DNA from: Pseudomonadota bacterium
GTDB taxonomy: Bacteria > Pseudomonadota > Gammaproteobacteria > Steroidobacterales > Steroidobacteraceae
Direction of reading: 5' to 3'
Assembly (NCBI GenBank): GCA_021834525.1
Contig: JAKBDK010000011.1
Span: 11,686 to 75,685 of the forward strand
DNA length: 64,000 nt
This document shows positions 30,024 through 39,607 of this stretch, one piece after another. The notes under the pieces are model-generated. The model was not told where the DNA came from, searched no databases, and saw only the letters and a program-made list of their open reading frames with translations. Positions within the stretch are counted from its first letter, which is position 1. Each line of letters starts with the position of its first letter. The translations under genes were made by a program, and so were the position numbers.

Positions 30024-30755
30024 TCAGGAGTGGTGATGGACCGGCAGCACCAGTGCGATGACGCCGAAGGCCGGATGATCGAAGTAGTTGCGCTGGTAGA
30101 AGCGCACCCGGCGGGTCTCGTTCATCACGAACGTCGTGCCCGGCGGGGCGTCGAGGCCGGCCGGCGGGTGCTGCATCGTGTAGTCGAGCGTCAGACCGAG
30201 GTGCAGGTACGTGCCGCGCTCGAAGTACACCAGACCGGAGAGCCCGGGGACCTGCACGCCGAGCTCGCTCAGATTGAAGCCGGCATGGGTGCCCCAGTCA
30301 CTCGCGGTCTGGATCCAGGCCGCGTGCGCCACCGGACGATAATCGGCGCTGCCGCGCAGCGCATTCCAGATGCCCGTGAGCTTGTATTGCGTCGGCGGCA
30401 CGATGCTCACCAGGTGGCCGACGCCGGTGCCGGTCGGACTCTCCGAGCCGCTGACGATCGGTGCCATGTGCAGTTCGGCCTGCCAATCCTCCGGGCTGCC
30501 GAGCGTGCTGAGCGCGCGGAACACCACGATTTCCACGTAGTACTCGCGGTGCACCGGGGCAGGGGCTGCGCTCGGTGCGGGCGTCGTCGCCGGTGCGGCC
30601 GCGGCGGCCGGCGGTGGGGTCACCGTGGCGTGGGCCGTCACACCGGCCGGGTGCGCCTGCAGGGGCGCAGCCGGCGGAGCGGCTCGCACGGGGGATGTCC
30701 CGGCGAGGGCGAGCGCCGTGAACGCACACAGCGTGAGGGCGAAGCGGTGCATCAT
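30024..30755 (-). CDS. Periplasmic CsiV-family (DUF2803-like) protein
   Basis: Signal peptide, Ala/Pro-rich linker, then YYVEIVVF, HAAWIQ, YLHLGLTLDY and RRVRFYQRNYFDHPAFGVIALV motifs as I recall for CsiV. 25 nt downstream of mfd. Confidence 0.55.
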   Translation of the reverse strand: MMHRFALTLCAFTALALAGTSPVRAAPPAAPLQAHPAGVTAHATVTPPPAAAAAPATTPAPSAAPAPVHREYYVEIVVFRALSTLGSPEDWQAELHMAPIVSGSESPTGTGVGHLVSIVPPTQYKLTGIWNALRGSADYRPVAHAAWIQTASDWGTHAGFNLSELGVQVPGLSGLVYFERGTYLHLGLTLDYTMQHPPAGLDAPPGTTFVMNETRRVRFYQRNYFDHPAFGVIALVLPVHHHS

Positions 30756-30780
30756 GGCCGGTAAGTGTAAACGAAGGAGG

Positions 30781-33700
30781 CTAGTTCGGCTTGCCCGCGA
30801 GCCGCTTCAGCAGCGCCGCGGCGAACTCGAAACGCGCCTCTTCCTCCGGTAGCGCGCGCGCGATGCGCAGCTTCATCGCCCCTTCGAGCCGGTATTCGCG
30901 CGACGCCTGCTGCATCAGTTTGACCAGCGTCTGGGGCTGCACGGCGGTGTTCTCCTCGAACTGCACCATGCCGCCCTGCGGCCCGAGGTCGAGGCGACGG
31001 ATACCGAGGGCGCGGGCCGAGAGTTTCAGCTTGGTGATGCGGATCAGACGCTGCGCGGCATCCGGCAGAGGTCCGAACCGATCGTAGATTTCCGCCAGCA
31101 GTGCATCGAGCGCATCGGCGCTCTCGGCCGCGGCGATCCGCTTGTACAGCCCGAGGCGCACCTGCACGTCCGAGATGTATGCCTCGGGCAGGAAGGCCGG
31201 CAGGCGCAGTTCGACCTCGGTGGCGGCCGCCAGCGGTTTATCGAGCACCGGCTCGCGCCCGGATTTCAGCGCATTCACCGCCTCTTCGAGCAGTTCGAGA
31301 TACAGCGCCAGTCCGATCTCGGACATCTGGCCGCTCTGGGATTCCCCGAGCAGTTCCCCGGCGCCGCGGATCTCCAGATCGTGCGTGGCGAGGGCGAACC
31401 CGGCGCCGAGCTCCTCCATCGCCTCGATGGCATCGAGCCGCTTGGCCGCATCGCCGGAGAGCGCCCGGCGCGGCGGTGCGATCAGGTAGGCGTAGGCGCG
31501 GTGATGCGAGCGTCCGACGCGTCCGCGCAGCTGGTGCAACTGCGCCAGTCCCATGTGGTCGGCGCGGTTGATGAGGATGGTGTTGGCGGTCGGCACGTCG
31601 ATGCCGCTCTCGATGATGGTGGTGCACAGCAGCAGATCGAAGCGCCGGTGGTAGAAATCCACCATCAGCTGTTCGAGCTCGCGCTCGCGCATCTGGCCGT
31701 GGCCGATGCGCACGCTCGCCTCGGGCACGAGCTGGCGCACCTCGGCGGCGATCTTCTCGATGGTGCGGATCTCGTTGTGCACGAAGTAGATCTGGCCGCC
31801 GCGACGCAGCTCGCGCAGTACCGCCTCGCGCAGCGTCGGGCCGTGCCATTCGATCACGAACGTCTTGATCGCCAGGCGCTCGGCGGGCGGCGTGGTGATC
31901 AGCGAGAGGTCGCGCAGCCCGCCGAGCGCCATGTTGAGCGTGCGCGGGATGGGCGTGGCGGTGAGCGTCAGGACGTGCACGTTGGCGCGCAGCGCCTGCA
32001 GCCGCTCCTTGTCGCGCACGCCGAAACGTTGTTCCTCATCGACGATGAGCAGTCCGAGGTCCTTGAACTGCGCATGCGCATGCAGCAGCCGATGCGTGGC
32101 GATCACGATGTCGACCGTGCCGCGCTCGATGCCCTCGAGAATGGCCCGGGTCTCCTTGGCATTGCCGAAGCGCGAGAGTCCCTCGATGCGCACCGGCCAG
32201 TCGGCGAAGCGGTCGCGGAAGTTCGTCAGATGCTGCTGCGCGAGCAGCGTGGTGGGGGCGAGGATGGCGACCTGTTTGCCGGCCTGGACCGCGGCGAACG
32301 CGGCACGCATGGCGACCTCGGTCTTGCCGAAGCCGACATCGCCGCACACGATGCGGTCCATGGGGCGCTCGCTCTTGAGGTCCTCGAGTACCCGGGTGAT
32401 GGCCTCGGCCTGATCCTCGGTCTCATCGAAGGGGAACGTGGCGGCGAACGCGCGGTACTCCGCCTCGTTCGCGGTGAGATTCAGGCCGCGCTGGGCCTTG
32501 CGTCGCGCGTACAGGTCGAGCAGTTCGGCCGCCACGTCGCGGATCTGCTCCGCGGCGCGCCGGCGCGCCTTGCTCCACTGATCGGTGCCGAGCTTGTGCA
32601 GCGGCGCGCTCTCGTTCGCCGCACCGGTGTAGCGGTTCACCAGATGCAGCGACTGCACCGGGACGTAGATCCGATCCCCGCCCTGGTACTCGAGCACCAG
32701 GAACTCCCCGGCCTCGCCGGCGACCTCCATCGGCTGCAGTCCGACGTAGCGGCCGACGCCGTACTGTTCGTGCACCACCGGAGCACCCGGAGTGAGGTCC
32801 TGCAGGTCCCGCAGGATGCTCTGCGGGTCGGAGGCGGCACGGGTGCGCCGGCGCTCCTGCGGGGCCCGCGCCCCGAACAGCTGCGACTCGGCGATGATCG
32901 CCAGCGGCGGGGTGGTCAGATGCAGTCCGGCCAGATCCGCCGCCACGGTGAGACTGAGCGGGGCATGCCCGGTGAGGAACTCGTCCCAGCCACCGACGAG
33001 TGTGACCGGGCGGCGCTGGCTGCGCAGCAACTCGTGGAGCACTTCGCGCCGGCCCGGGGAGTCCGCCGCGATCAGCGCACGGCCCGGGAAGGACTCGAGG
33101 AAGCTCTCCAGGTGCAAGAGCGGTCGTTCGGCGCGCGTATCGATGCGCAGTTGCGGGGGTTCGAGCGTCGCGAAGTCGCGCTGCGCGCTCGCCACGGTCG
33201 CCTCGGCCCCAGCGCCCAGGGTCACCGAGGCGAAGCGCTCGAGGGCCGCTCCGAGCGCCTCGGGCTCGAGGAACAGCTCCGCCGGGGCGAGCACGGGACG
33301 CTCGATGTCGTGCCGACGCTCCTCGTAGCGCACTTCGATGTCCCGCCACGCTCGCGCGAGCGCCTCGCTCAGCGCGGCATCGTGCACGATCACGGCGTTG
33401 GCCGGCAGATGATCGAACAGCGTCGCGGTGGTCTCGAAGAACAACGGCAGGTAGAACTCCACGCCGGCCGGGGAGAGCCCCTCGCTGACGCTGCGATAGA
33501 GGCTCGAGCGGGTCGGGTCGCCCTCGAACCGGGTCCGGAAGCGTCGGCGGAACTCCTTGACCGCCTCGGCATCGAGCGGCAGCTCGCGCGCCGGCAGCAG
33601 CCGGACGTGCTCGATCGGCTCGAGCGAGCGCTGCGAGTCCGGATCGAAGCGGCGGATCGCCTCGATCTCATCGTCGAACAGGTCGATGCGCAGCGGCTCC

Positions 33701-34233
33701 GCGGCCCCCATGGGGAAGACGTCGAACAATGAGCCGCGCACGGCGAACTCCCCGGGGCTGCGCACCTGGCTCACGCTGGCGTAGCCGGCATCGACCAGTC
33801 GGGCGCGGAACGGTTCGAGGTCGAGCTGCTCGCCGCGCGAGAGCTGGAAGGAGCGCGCCTGGACGTACTGGCGCGGCGCGATCCGCTGCATCAGCGTGTC
33901 GGCGGTGATGATCAGACAGCCGTGCGTCAGACGCGGCAGTTCATACAGAGTGCGCAGCCGCGCCGAGATGATGTCCGGGTGCGGGGAGAACAGATCGTAC
34001 GGCAGCACCTCCCAGTCGGGGAACGTGAGCAGCGGCAGATCGGTCCCGGCGAAGAACGCCAGCTCGGCGCTGAGGCGCGACAGCTCGCGCGCCGCATCGG
34101 TGACGATGACGTAGAGCTTCTGATCGGAGCGCGCCGCCTCGGCGAGCGCGAGCGCCGCGGCGCTGCCGCGCAGGTTCTGCCAGCGCAGATGGCGCTTGGC
34201 GGGGCCCGGGACGGGCGGATCAAGGACTCTCAT
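30781..34233 (-). CDS. mfd: Transcription-repair coupling factor
   Basis: 1150 aa. UvrB-homology N-terminus, CarD/RID domain (VVHEQYGVGRY), SF2 helicase motifs (GDVGFGKTEVA, DEEQRFG) and the TRCF domain. Confidence 0.96.
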   Translation of the reverse strand: MRVLDPPVPGPAKRHLRWQNLRGSAAALALAEAARSDQKLYVIVTDAARELSRLSAELAFFAGTDLPLLTFPDWEVLPYDLFSPHPDIISARLRTLYELPRLTHGCLIITADTLMQRIAPRQYVQARSFQLSRGEQLDLEPFRARLVDAGYASVSQVRSPGEFAVRGSLFDVFPMGAAEPLRIDLFDDEIEAIRRFDPDSQRSLEPIEHVRLLPARELPLDAEAVKEFRRRFRTRFEGDPTRSSLYRSVSEGLSPAGVEFYLPLFFETTATLFDHLPANAVIVHDAALSEALARAWRDIEVRYEERRHDIERPVLAPAELFLEPEALGAALERFASVTLGAGAEATVASAQRDFATLEPPQLRIDTRAERPLLHLESFLESFPGRALIAADSPGRREVLHELLRSQRRPVTLVGGWDEFLTGHAPLSLTVAADLAGLHLTTPPLAIIAESQLFGARAPQERRRTRAASDPQSILRDLQDLTPGAPVVHEQYGVGRYVGLQPMEVAGEAGEFLVLEYQGGDRIYVPVQSLHLVNRYTGAANESAPLHKLGTDQWSKARRRAAEQIRDVAAELLDLYARRKAQRGLNLTANEAEYRAFAATFPFDETEDQAEAITRVLEDLKSERPMDRIVCGDVGFGKTEVAMRAAFAAVQAGKQVAILAPTTLLAQQHLTNFRDRFADWPVRIEGLSRFGNAKETRAILEGIERGTVDIVIATHRLLHAHAQFKDLGLLIVDEEQRFGVRDKERLQALRANVHVLTLTATPIPRTLNMALGGLRDLSLITTPPAERLAIKTFVIEWHGPTLREAVLRELRRGGQIYFVHNEIRTIEKIAAEVRQLVPEASVRIGHGQMRERELEQLMVDFYHRRFDLLLCTTIIESGIDVPTANTILINRADHMGLAQLHQLRGRVGRSHHRAYAYLIAPPRRALSGDAAKRLDAIEAMEELGAGFALATHDLEIRGAGELLGESQSGQMSEIGLALYLELLEEAVNALKSGREPVLDKPLAAATEVELRLPAFLPEAYISDVQVRLGLYKRIAAAESADALDALLAEIYDRFGPLPDAAQRLIRITKLKLSARALGIRRLDLGPQGGMVQFEENTAVQPQTLVKLMQQASREYRLEGAMKLRIARALPEEEARFEFAAALLKRLAGKPN

Positions 34234-34327
34234 CGGCTTCCTGTCGGCACAGTAGGCGCCTCATGGGCTGTGCGACCTGCGCGCCGGGCATGCATCGCCC
34301 GCCGGGTCCACCCGCCGTTGCGCCGCC

Positions 34328-35140
34328 TCAAACCGCGACCGGGATGTCCACAACCAGGGGCCGCGGTGCGGCAGCCGGGACGCAGAAGATATCGATGCTG
34401 CGACTGCGCCCGCGCAGTTGCATCGAGGGCAGCGGGGTAGCCCCGACATCCAGGCCGAGCGCATCGAGGGAGTGCTTGATCGCCTCGGAGAAGAGCATCT
34501 CCCCGGCGCGGGCGCGCTGGCAGAGCCGGGCGGCGACGTTCACCGTGTCGCCGATCAGCGTGTAGCTCATGTAGGAGCTCGAGCCGATGTTCCCGGCGAC
34601 CACGTCGCCTTCGTTGATGCCGATGCCGAGTCCGGCCTCGACCCCGTAGCGGCTCATCCAGGAGGTGGCGAGCGCCCCGAAGCTGCCGAGCATCTCCTGG
34701 GCGGCGCGCACCGCGCGGCCCGGGCTGTCGGGCTGCTCGAGCGGCACGCCGAAGCCGAGCATCAGGCAGTCGCCGGCCATGTGGAACACCGTGCCGTCGT
34801 GGCGCAGGGTGATCTCGGTGAGCAGCGAGAAGTATTCGTTCAGGAGCGGAACCACCTGGCGCGGCTCGAGCCGCTCGGACAGGCCGGTAAAGCCGCGCAG
34901 GTCCGCGAACAGCACCACCGCATGGGTGCGCAGGTCATCGGCCGAGAGGAGAGTCTCGCGCAGCTGCACGTCCTCGAGGATCTTCTCGGCGAGCTGCGGG
35001 GACACGTAGCGGCGCACGGCACGGCGCAGCACCTCCTCGCGGCGACGGACTTCGGCCTGCAGGTGCGCCTGGGCAAGCTCACGGCGCACTGCGCCGCCAC
35101 GAATCAGTTCCTCGATGCTGATCGAATTGTCCAGGGCCAC
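34328..35140 (-). CDS. Class III adenylate/guanylate cyclase domain protein, soluble, with N-terminal coiled coil
   Basis: Metal-binding Asp contexts VLFADLRGFTGLSE and HMAGDCLMLGFG, plus TLIGDTVNVAARL. GTG start. Confidence 0.85.
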   Translation of the reverse strand: MALDNSISIEELIRGGAVRRELAQAHLQAEVRRREEVLRRAVRRYVSPQLAEKILEDVQLRETLLSADDLRTHAVVLFADLRGFTGLSERLEPRQVVPLLNEYFSLLTEITLRHDGTVFHMAGDCLMLGFGVPLEQPDSPGRAVRAAQEMLGSFGALATSWMSRYGVEAGLGIGINEGDVVAGNIGSSSYMSYTLIGDTVNVAARLCQRARAGEMLFSEAIKHSLDALGLDVGATPLPSMQLRGRSRSIDIFCVPAAAPRPLVVDIPVAV

Positions 35141-35302
35141 GGGGGAGTTACCTGATCATTCTTCTGTGAAAGATGAGCCTACCATAATCCAATGTCGCCT
35201 GATGCATACAGGCCGAGCCGAGCCCGTTCGGGCCGACGGACGGGGTCTCGCACGCTTTATGGTTAACGGCCCGGACGGGCGCGTCTTGAGGAGGCGGGGG
35301 GG

Positions 35303-35593
35303 CTATTCGGCCGCGGGAGCGTGCACGACGGCGTGCACGACGCGGTTGAATTCGAAGAAGACGCTGAAGTTGCGGTAGTCCCAGCGGGTGATCGGCGGCC
35401 GGCCGACGGCCGGATAGCGCTTCTCGGGGCTGCCGAAGCGCTGCTCGACCTGGTGCATGGTCTGGCTGCGGTGGGGGTGGGGGATGGCAGTGGGCGCAAC
35501 GTGCACCTGGCCATTGATGACCACGGTTTCGGCGGCGGCCGTGGCGCTGAGCGCGCAGGCCGCCAGCAGTGCCAATAGAACTCGAGCACGCAT
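35303..35593 (-). CDS. Small secreted protein of unknown function (96 aa)
   Basis: Clear signal peptide MRARVLLALLAACALSATAAA followed by a non-repetitive, non-Arg-rich mature part. No family recognised. Confidence 0.55.
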   Translation of the reverse strand: MRARVLLALLAACALSATAAAETVVINGQVHVAPTAIPHPHRSQTMHQVEQRFGSPEKRYPAVGRPPITRWDYRNFSVFFEFNRVVHAVVHAPAAE

Positions 35594-35759
35594 CGCAAGT
35601 CCTCCGGCGCCGGACTATACACCCCGGGCCGCGCACGCCAAGGGTGCGGGTGGGTCGGCGGCGCAAAACTGTGATCCAATCAGCAGCGGCCGCGCACGCC
35701 GGTCCCGCCGCGGCCCGCTCGGCCGGGGGGCGCGAGCGCTCACGCCGTGTGGCGCTTCA

Positions 35760-35768
35760 TGGTTAAAT
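35760..35768 (+). promoter_or_regulatory. Extended -10 element (TGgTTAAAT) positioned for a leaderless lolC mRNA
   Basis: The TTAAAT hexamer occupies -12..-7 relative to the A of the lolC ATG (35775), with TG at -15/-14. No Shine-Dalgarno between them. Confidence 0.5.
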
Positions 35769-35774
35769 CCACAG

Positions 35775-37040
35775 ATGTTCCACCCGCTGTCACTGTTCGT
35801 CGGTCTGCGCTACGTGCGCGCCCGCTCGCACAAGTTCTTCGTCTCCTTCATCACCTGGACCTCCCTCGCCGGTGTGTGCGTCGGCGTCGCCGCGCTGATC
35901 GTGGTGCTCTCGGTGATGAACGGTTTCGAGGGCGACCTGCGCACCCGCCTGCTCGCCCTCGACGCCGATGCGCGCGTGGTGGTGAGCCCGTCGGTGCACA
36001 GCACCGCGCCGCCGCCGCCGGCGCTCTGGGAGCACCTCGCGCGAGAGCTGCGCGGCGTGCCCGGGGTCACCGGGGTGGCGCCGTTCGTGCAGTCCCAGGC
36101 GCTCGCGGTACGCACGCCACAGATGCTGCCGGTGCTGCTGCGGGGCGTCGATCCGGCGGCCGAGCCGCACGTGACGCGCCTGGCGCGGGTCAGCACGGCC
36201 GGCTCGCTCGCGGCGCTGAAACCAGGCGCCGATCGGGTGATTCTCGGGGAAGTGATCGCCGAGGAGTTGGGCCTCGGGCCCGGCGACCGCATCACGCTGC
36301 TGATCCCGGGCGTGAGCGCCGGGGGACTGCCGATCCCGACGCTGCACCGCTTCACCGTCGCCGGGGTGTTCTCGGTGGGCCTCGCCGACAGCGACGCGAC
36401 GCTGGTGTACGGCAACATCGATGACGTGCGCGGGTTGCTACCGGGCGGTGGCCTCGACCAGGGGCTCAGAGTGCGCTACCGCAATGCGCTCGATGCGCCG
36501 GCGATCACCGCCCGGCTGCGCGCGCGACTGCCGCAGGGCTTCTCGGTGATCGACTGGACCGAGGACAACGCGGCGTACTTTCGCGCCATCCGCATCGAGA
36601 AGACGATGATGTCGCTCATTCTGCTGCTGATCGTGGCGGTGGCGGCCTTCAACATCGTCGCCATGCTGGTGATGGTGGTGACCGACAAGCGCACCGATAT
36701 TGCGATTCTGCGCACCCTCGGGGCCTCCCCGGGGCGGGTGCTGGCCATTTTTCTCATTCAGGGACTGACCATCGGGTGGCTCGGTGTCGGGCTCGGCGTC
36801 GGGCTCGGACTCACCCTGGCGTTTCACGTCAACGCGGTGGCGAGCTTCCTCGAGCACACGTTCGGCTTTCAGATCTTCAACTCCAGCGTCTACTACATCA
36901 CCACCATCCCCTCGGTGGTCAGCTGGAGCAATGTGACCGTGATCGGCCTCGCGGCACTGGCGCTGACGGCGGCCGCCACGGTCTATCCGGCCGTGCGCGC
37001 CGCGCGGGTCGCGCCGGCCGAAGCGCTGCGCTACGAGTGA
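35775..37040 (+). CDS. lolC: Lipoprotein-releasing system permease LolC
   Basis: Aligns from residue 1 with LolC (MFHPLSLFVGLRYVRAR...VLSVMNGFE). FtsX-type 4-TM fold. Confidence 0.88.
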   Translation: MFHPLSLFVGLRYVRARSHKFFVSFITWTSLAGVCVGVAALIVVLSVMNGFEGDLRTRLLALDADARVVVSPSVHSTAPPPPALWEHLARELRGVPGVTGVAPFVQSQALAVRTPQMLPVLLRGVDPAAEPHVTRLARVSTAGSLAALKPGADRVILGEVIAEELGLGPGDRITLLIPGVSAGGLPIPTLHRFTVAGVFSVGLADSDATLVYGNIDDVRGLLPGGGLDQGLRVRYRNALDAPAITARLRARLPQGFSVIDWTEDNAAYFRAIRIEKTMMSLILLLIVAVAAFNIVAMLVMVVTDKRTDIAILRTLGASPGRVLAIFLIQGLTIGWLGVGLGVGLGLTLAFHVNAVASFLEHTFGFQIFNSSVYYITTIPSVVSWSNVTVIGLAALALTAAATVYPAVRAARVAPAEALRYE

Positions 37041-37047
37041 GGCGCTG

Positions 37048-38301
37048 ATGTTCGACCGCTATGAATGGTTGATCGGCACTCGCCACCTGCGCTCGACCCA
37101 CCGGCGCGGCTTCGTGTCGTTCGTGGCCGTCATGTCGGTCTGCGGGCTCGCCCTCGGCGTCGCCACGCTGATCGTGGTGCTCTCGGTGATGAACGGCTTC
37201 CAGCGCGAGCTGCGCAGCCGCATCCTCGATGTGACCGCGGATGCGACGCTCATGGGGCTGCGCGGCTCGATCGGGGACTGGCGCTCGGTGGAGCAGCGCG
37301 TGCGCAGCGAGCCTGACGTGCAGGCCGTCTCGCCGTACGTGCAGCAGCAGGCGCTGCTGACGCATGGGCAGTACATCGCCGGGGCGTCGGTGCGCGGCAT
37401 CGAGCCGGCGCAGGAGACGCACGTGACCGCACTGGCGCGGCACCTGGAGCACGGGGACCTCGCGGATCTGCGCGCGGGCGGCTATCGGGTGATTCTCGGG
37501 GTCGATCTGGCGCGCGCGCTGCACGTGCAGGTGGGCCAGTCGGTGGTGCTGATTGCCCCGGAGGGCATCGCCACGCCCGCCGGGCTGATGCCGCGCATGC
37601 GACGCTTTCGGGTCGCCGGGCTGTTCCACTCCGGGATGTATCAGTACGACCGGGAGCTCGCGCTGGTGAATCTCACCGATGCGGCGCGTCTGTTCGCCGT
37701 GGGCCCCGGTCGCGTGACGGGGCTGCGCATGAAGCTCTCCGATCCCTGGCAGGCGCCGACCACGGTGCGCCGCATCGCCTACTCCCTCGGTGGCAATGGT
37801 TACTACGTCAGCGACTGGACCGATCACCTGGCGAACTTCTTTCGCTCCATCCAGATCACCAAATCGATGATGTTCATCATCCTCTCGATGATCGTCGGCG
37901 TGGCGGCCTTCAACATCGTTGCGACCTTGGTGATGATCGTGAAGGAGAAGCAGTCGGACATCGCGATTCTGCGCACGCTCGGTGCCGAGCCGCGCAACAT
38001 CCTGGCGATCTTCGCCATCCAGGGTCTGTTGATCGGAGCGGCCGGCACGCTGCTCGGCGCTGCGCTCGGGGTCCTCATCGCCCATCATCTGCAGAGCCTG
38101 GTCGGGCTGCTCGAGCGGCTGCTGCACACTCAGTTTCTCAATCCGAAGGTGTATTACATGAGCGAGCTTCCCGCGTACGTCGAGGGACTCGACGTGATGC
38201 GCGTGTGCGCCGTGGCGTTCCTGCTGTGTGCGCTCGCGACGATCTATCCGGCATGGCGCGCCGCGCGCACCGCGCCGGCCGAGGCGCTGCGTCATGAGTG
38301 A
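37048..38301 (+). CDS. lolE: Lipoprotein-releasing system permease LolE
   Basis: Paralog of the preceding gene (…LRSTHRRGFVSFVAVMSV…VLSVMNGFQRELRSRIL). Second permease of LolCDE. Confidence 0.85.
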   Translation: MFDRYEWLIGTRHLRSTHRRGFVSFVAVMSVCGLALGVATLIVVLSVMNGFQRELRSRILDVTADATLMGLRGSIGDWRSVEQRVRSEPDVQAVSPYVQQQALLTHGQYIAGASVRGIEPAQETHVTALARHLEHGDLADLRAGGYRVILGVDLARALHVQVGQSVVLIAPEGIATPAGLMPRMRRFRVAGLFHSGMYQYDRELALVNLTDAARLFAVGPGRVTGLRMKLSDPWQAPTTVRRIAYSLGGNGYYVSDWTDHLANFFRSIQITKSMMFIILSMIVGVAAFNIVATLVMIVKEKQSDIAILRTLGAEPRNILAIFAIQGLLIGAAGTLLGAALGVLIAHHLQSLVGLLERLLHTQFLNPKVYYMSELPAYVEGLDVMRVCAVAFLLCALATIYPAWRAARTAPAEALRHE

Positions 38302-39022
38302 GGCGGTGCTCGAAGCCCGTGCGGTGCGGCGCAGTTTCGTGGAGGGCTCAACGACCCTCGAGGTGCTCACCGGCGTGGCGATCGAAGTGCGCGCCGGGCA
38401 GCGCCTCGCCATCATCGGTGCGTCGGGTTCGGGCAAGACCACGCTGCTGCAGATCCTCGGTGGGCTGGATCGCCCGAGCGAGGGACAGGTGCTGATCGAG
38501 GGCCGGGACCTGCACGCGCTCAGCGAGCGCGAGCGCGCCATGCTGCGCAACCGCACGCTCGGCTTCGTGTACCAGTTCCATCACCTGCTGCCGGAGTTCT
38601 CCGCGCTCGAGAACGTGGCGATGCCGCTGCTGGTGCGGCGCGAGCCGGTGGCCGAGGCGCGCCGTCAGGCGCGCGAGCTGCTCGAGCGAGTCGGGCTCGG
38701 CGGCCGACTGACGCACCGACCGCATCAGCTCTCCGGCGGCGAGCGCCAGCGCGCGGCCGTGGCACGCGCGCTCGTGACGCAGCCGAAGATCGTGCTGGCC
38801 GATGAGCCCACCGGCAATCTCGACGGCGCCAATGCGCACGCGGTCTTCGAGCTGATGCTCGAGCTGAACCGGGAACGGGGCACGAGCCTGGTCGTGGTCA
38901 CCCATGATCCGCGCCTCGCGGCGCGCATGGACGGTGTCTACGAGCTGCAGGGCGGACAGCTGCTCGCACAGCCGCCGCTCACGGCGCGGTCGCCCAGTGC
39001 CGCGCCCGATAGCGGCGCATGA
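38294..39022 (+). CDS. lolD: Lipoprotein-releasing system ATP-binding protein LolD
   Basis: Walker A GASGSGKTT, LSGGERQRAAVARAL, Walker B ADEPTGNLD. Start ATG 38294 overlaps the lolE end. Confidence 0.92.
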   Translation: MSEAVLEARAVRRSFVEGSTTLEVLTGVAIEVRAGQRLAIIGASGSGKTTLLQILGGLDRPSEGQVLIEGRDLHALSERERAMLRNRTLGFVYQFHHLLPEFSALENVAMPLLVRREPVAEARRQARELLERVGLGGRLTHRPHQLSGGERQRAAVARALVTQPKIVLADEPTGNLDGANAHAVFELMLELNRERGTSLVVVTHDPRLAARMDGVYELQGGQLLAQPPLTARSPSAAPDSGA

Positions 39023-39500
39023 CTTCCCAGCGCCAGAGGAACTCCACGGCGCACCAGCCGGCGAGTCCCGCGACCACCGAACACACCAGGCACCCGAGCA
39101 GGAACGGCCGCCACAGCGGGCCGAGTCCGTACTGCAGCCACTGCCAGCTCAGCTGAAAGGCGAAGTGACCCGGGGGCGTATCGAGCAGCAGCGCACCGAC
39201 GCGGTAGGCGAGGTAGTAGATCGGCACCATGGTGAGCGGATTGTTCACCAGGAAAATCGTGCCGTAGACCGCCGGGACGTTCAGCCGCCAGGTGAGGGCG
39301 ATGAGCCCTGCGAGCAGCGAGTGCACCGGGAGGGGCACGAAGCTGATCGCCAGCCCGACGCCGAATGCGCCGGTGACCGAGCGGCGGTGGACCGCCCAGA
39401 GCCGCGGATCCATCAACCGGTCGCCGAACACGCGCAGCAGTTTATGCCCCTCGATGGTGTGGGGCTTGGGCAGGATCTTCTTCAAAAATCGGCGCGGCAT
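38979..39500 (-). CDS. DUF2062 membrane protein
   Basis: MPRRFLKKILPKPHTI…PRLWAVHRRSVTGAFGVGLAISFVPLP pattern. I prefer ATG 39500: the ORF-track start at 39587 would leave only about 20 bp to the divergent exbB. Confidence 0.7.
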   Translation of the reverse strand: MPRRFLKKILPKPHTIEGHKLLRVFGDRLMDPRLWAVHRRSVTGAFGVGLAISFVPLPVHSLLAGLIALTWRLNVPAVYGTIFLVNNPLTMVPIYYLAYRVGALLLDTPPGHFAFQLSWQWLQYGLGPLWRPFLLGCLVCSVVAGLAGWCAVEFLWRWEVMRRYRARHWATAP

Positions 39501-39607
39501 GAGTTCGCCACTGTACCACGGCGTCGCGGCGGCGGGCCGCGCGGCGCGTTCCGGCGCCGGGCGCACTCCGGTATGATGCTCATTCACGGATTCAATGGGG
39601 TCGTTTG

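Noticed and set aside
31381-33732. 783-aa ORF antisense to mfd
   Set aside because: Same reasoning as the other antisense ORFs. mfd on the opposite strand has full-length helicase motifs.
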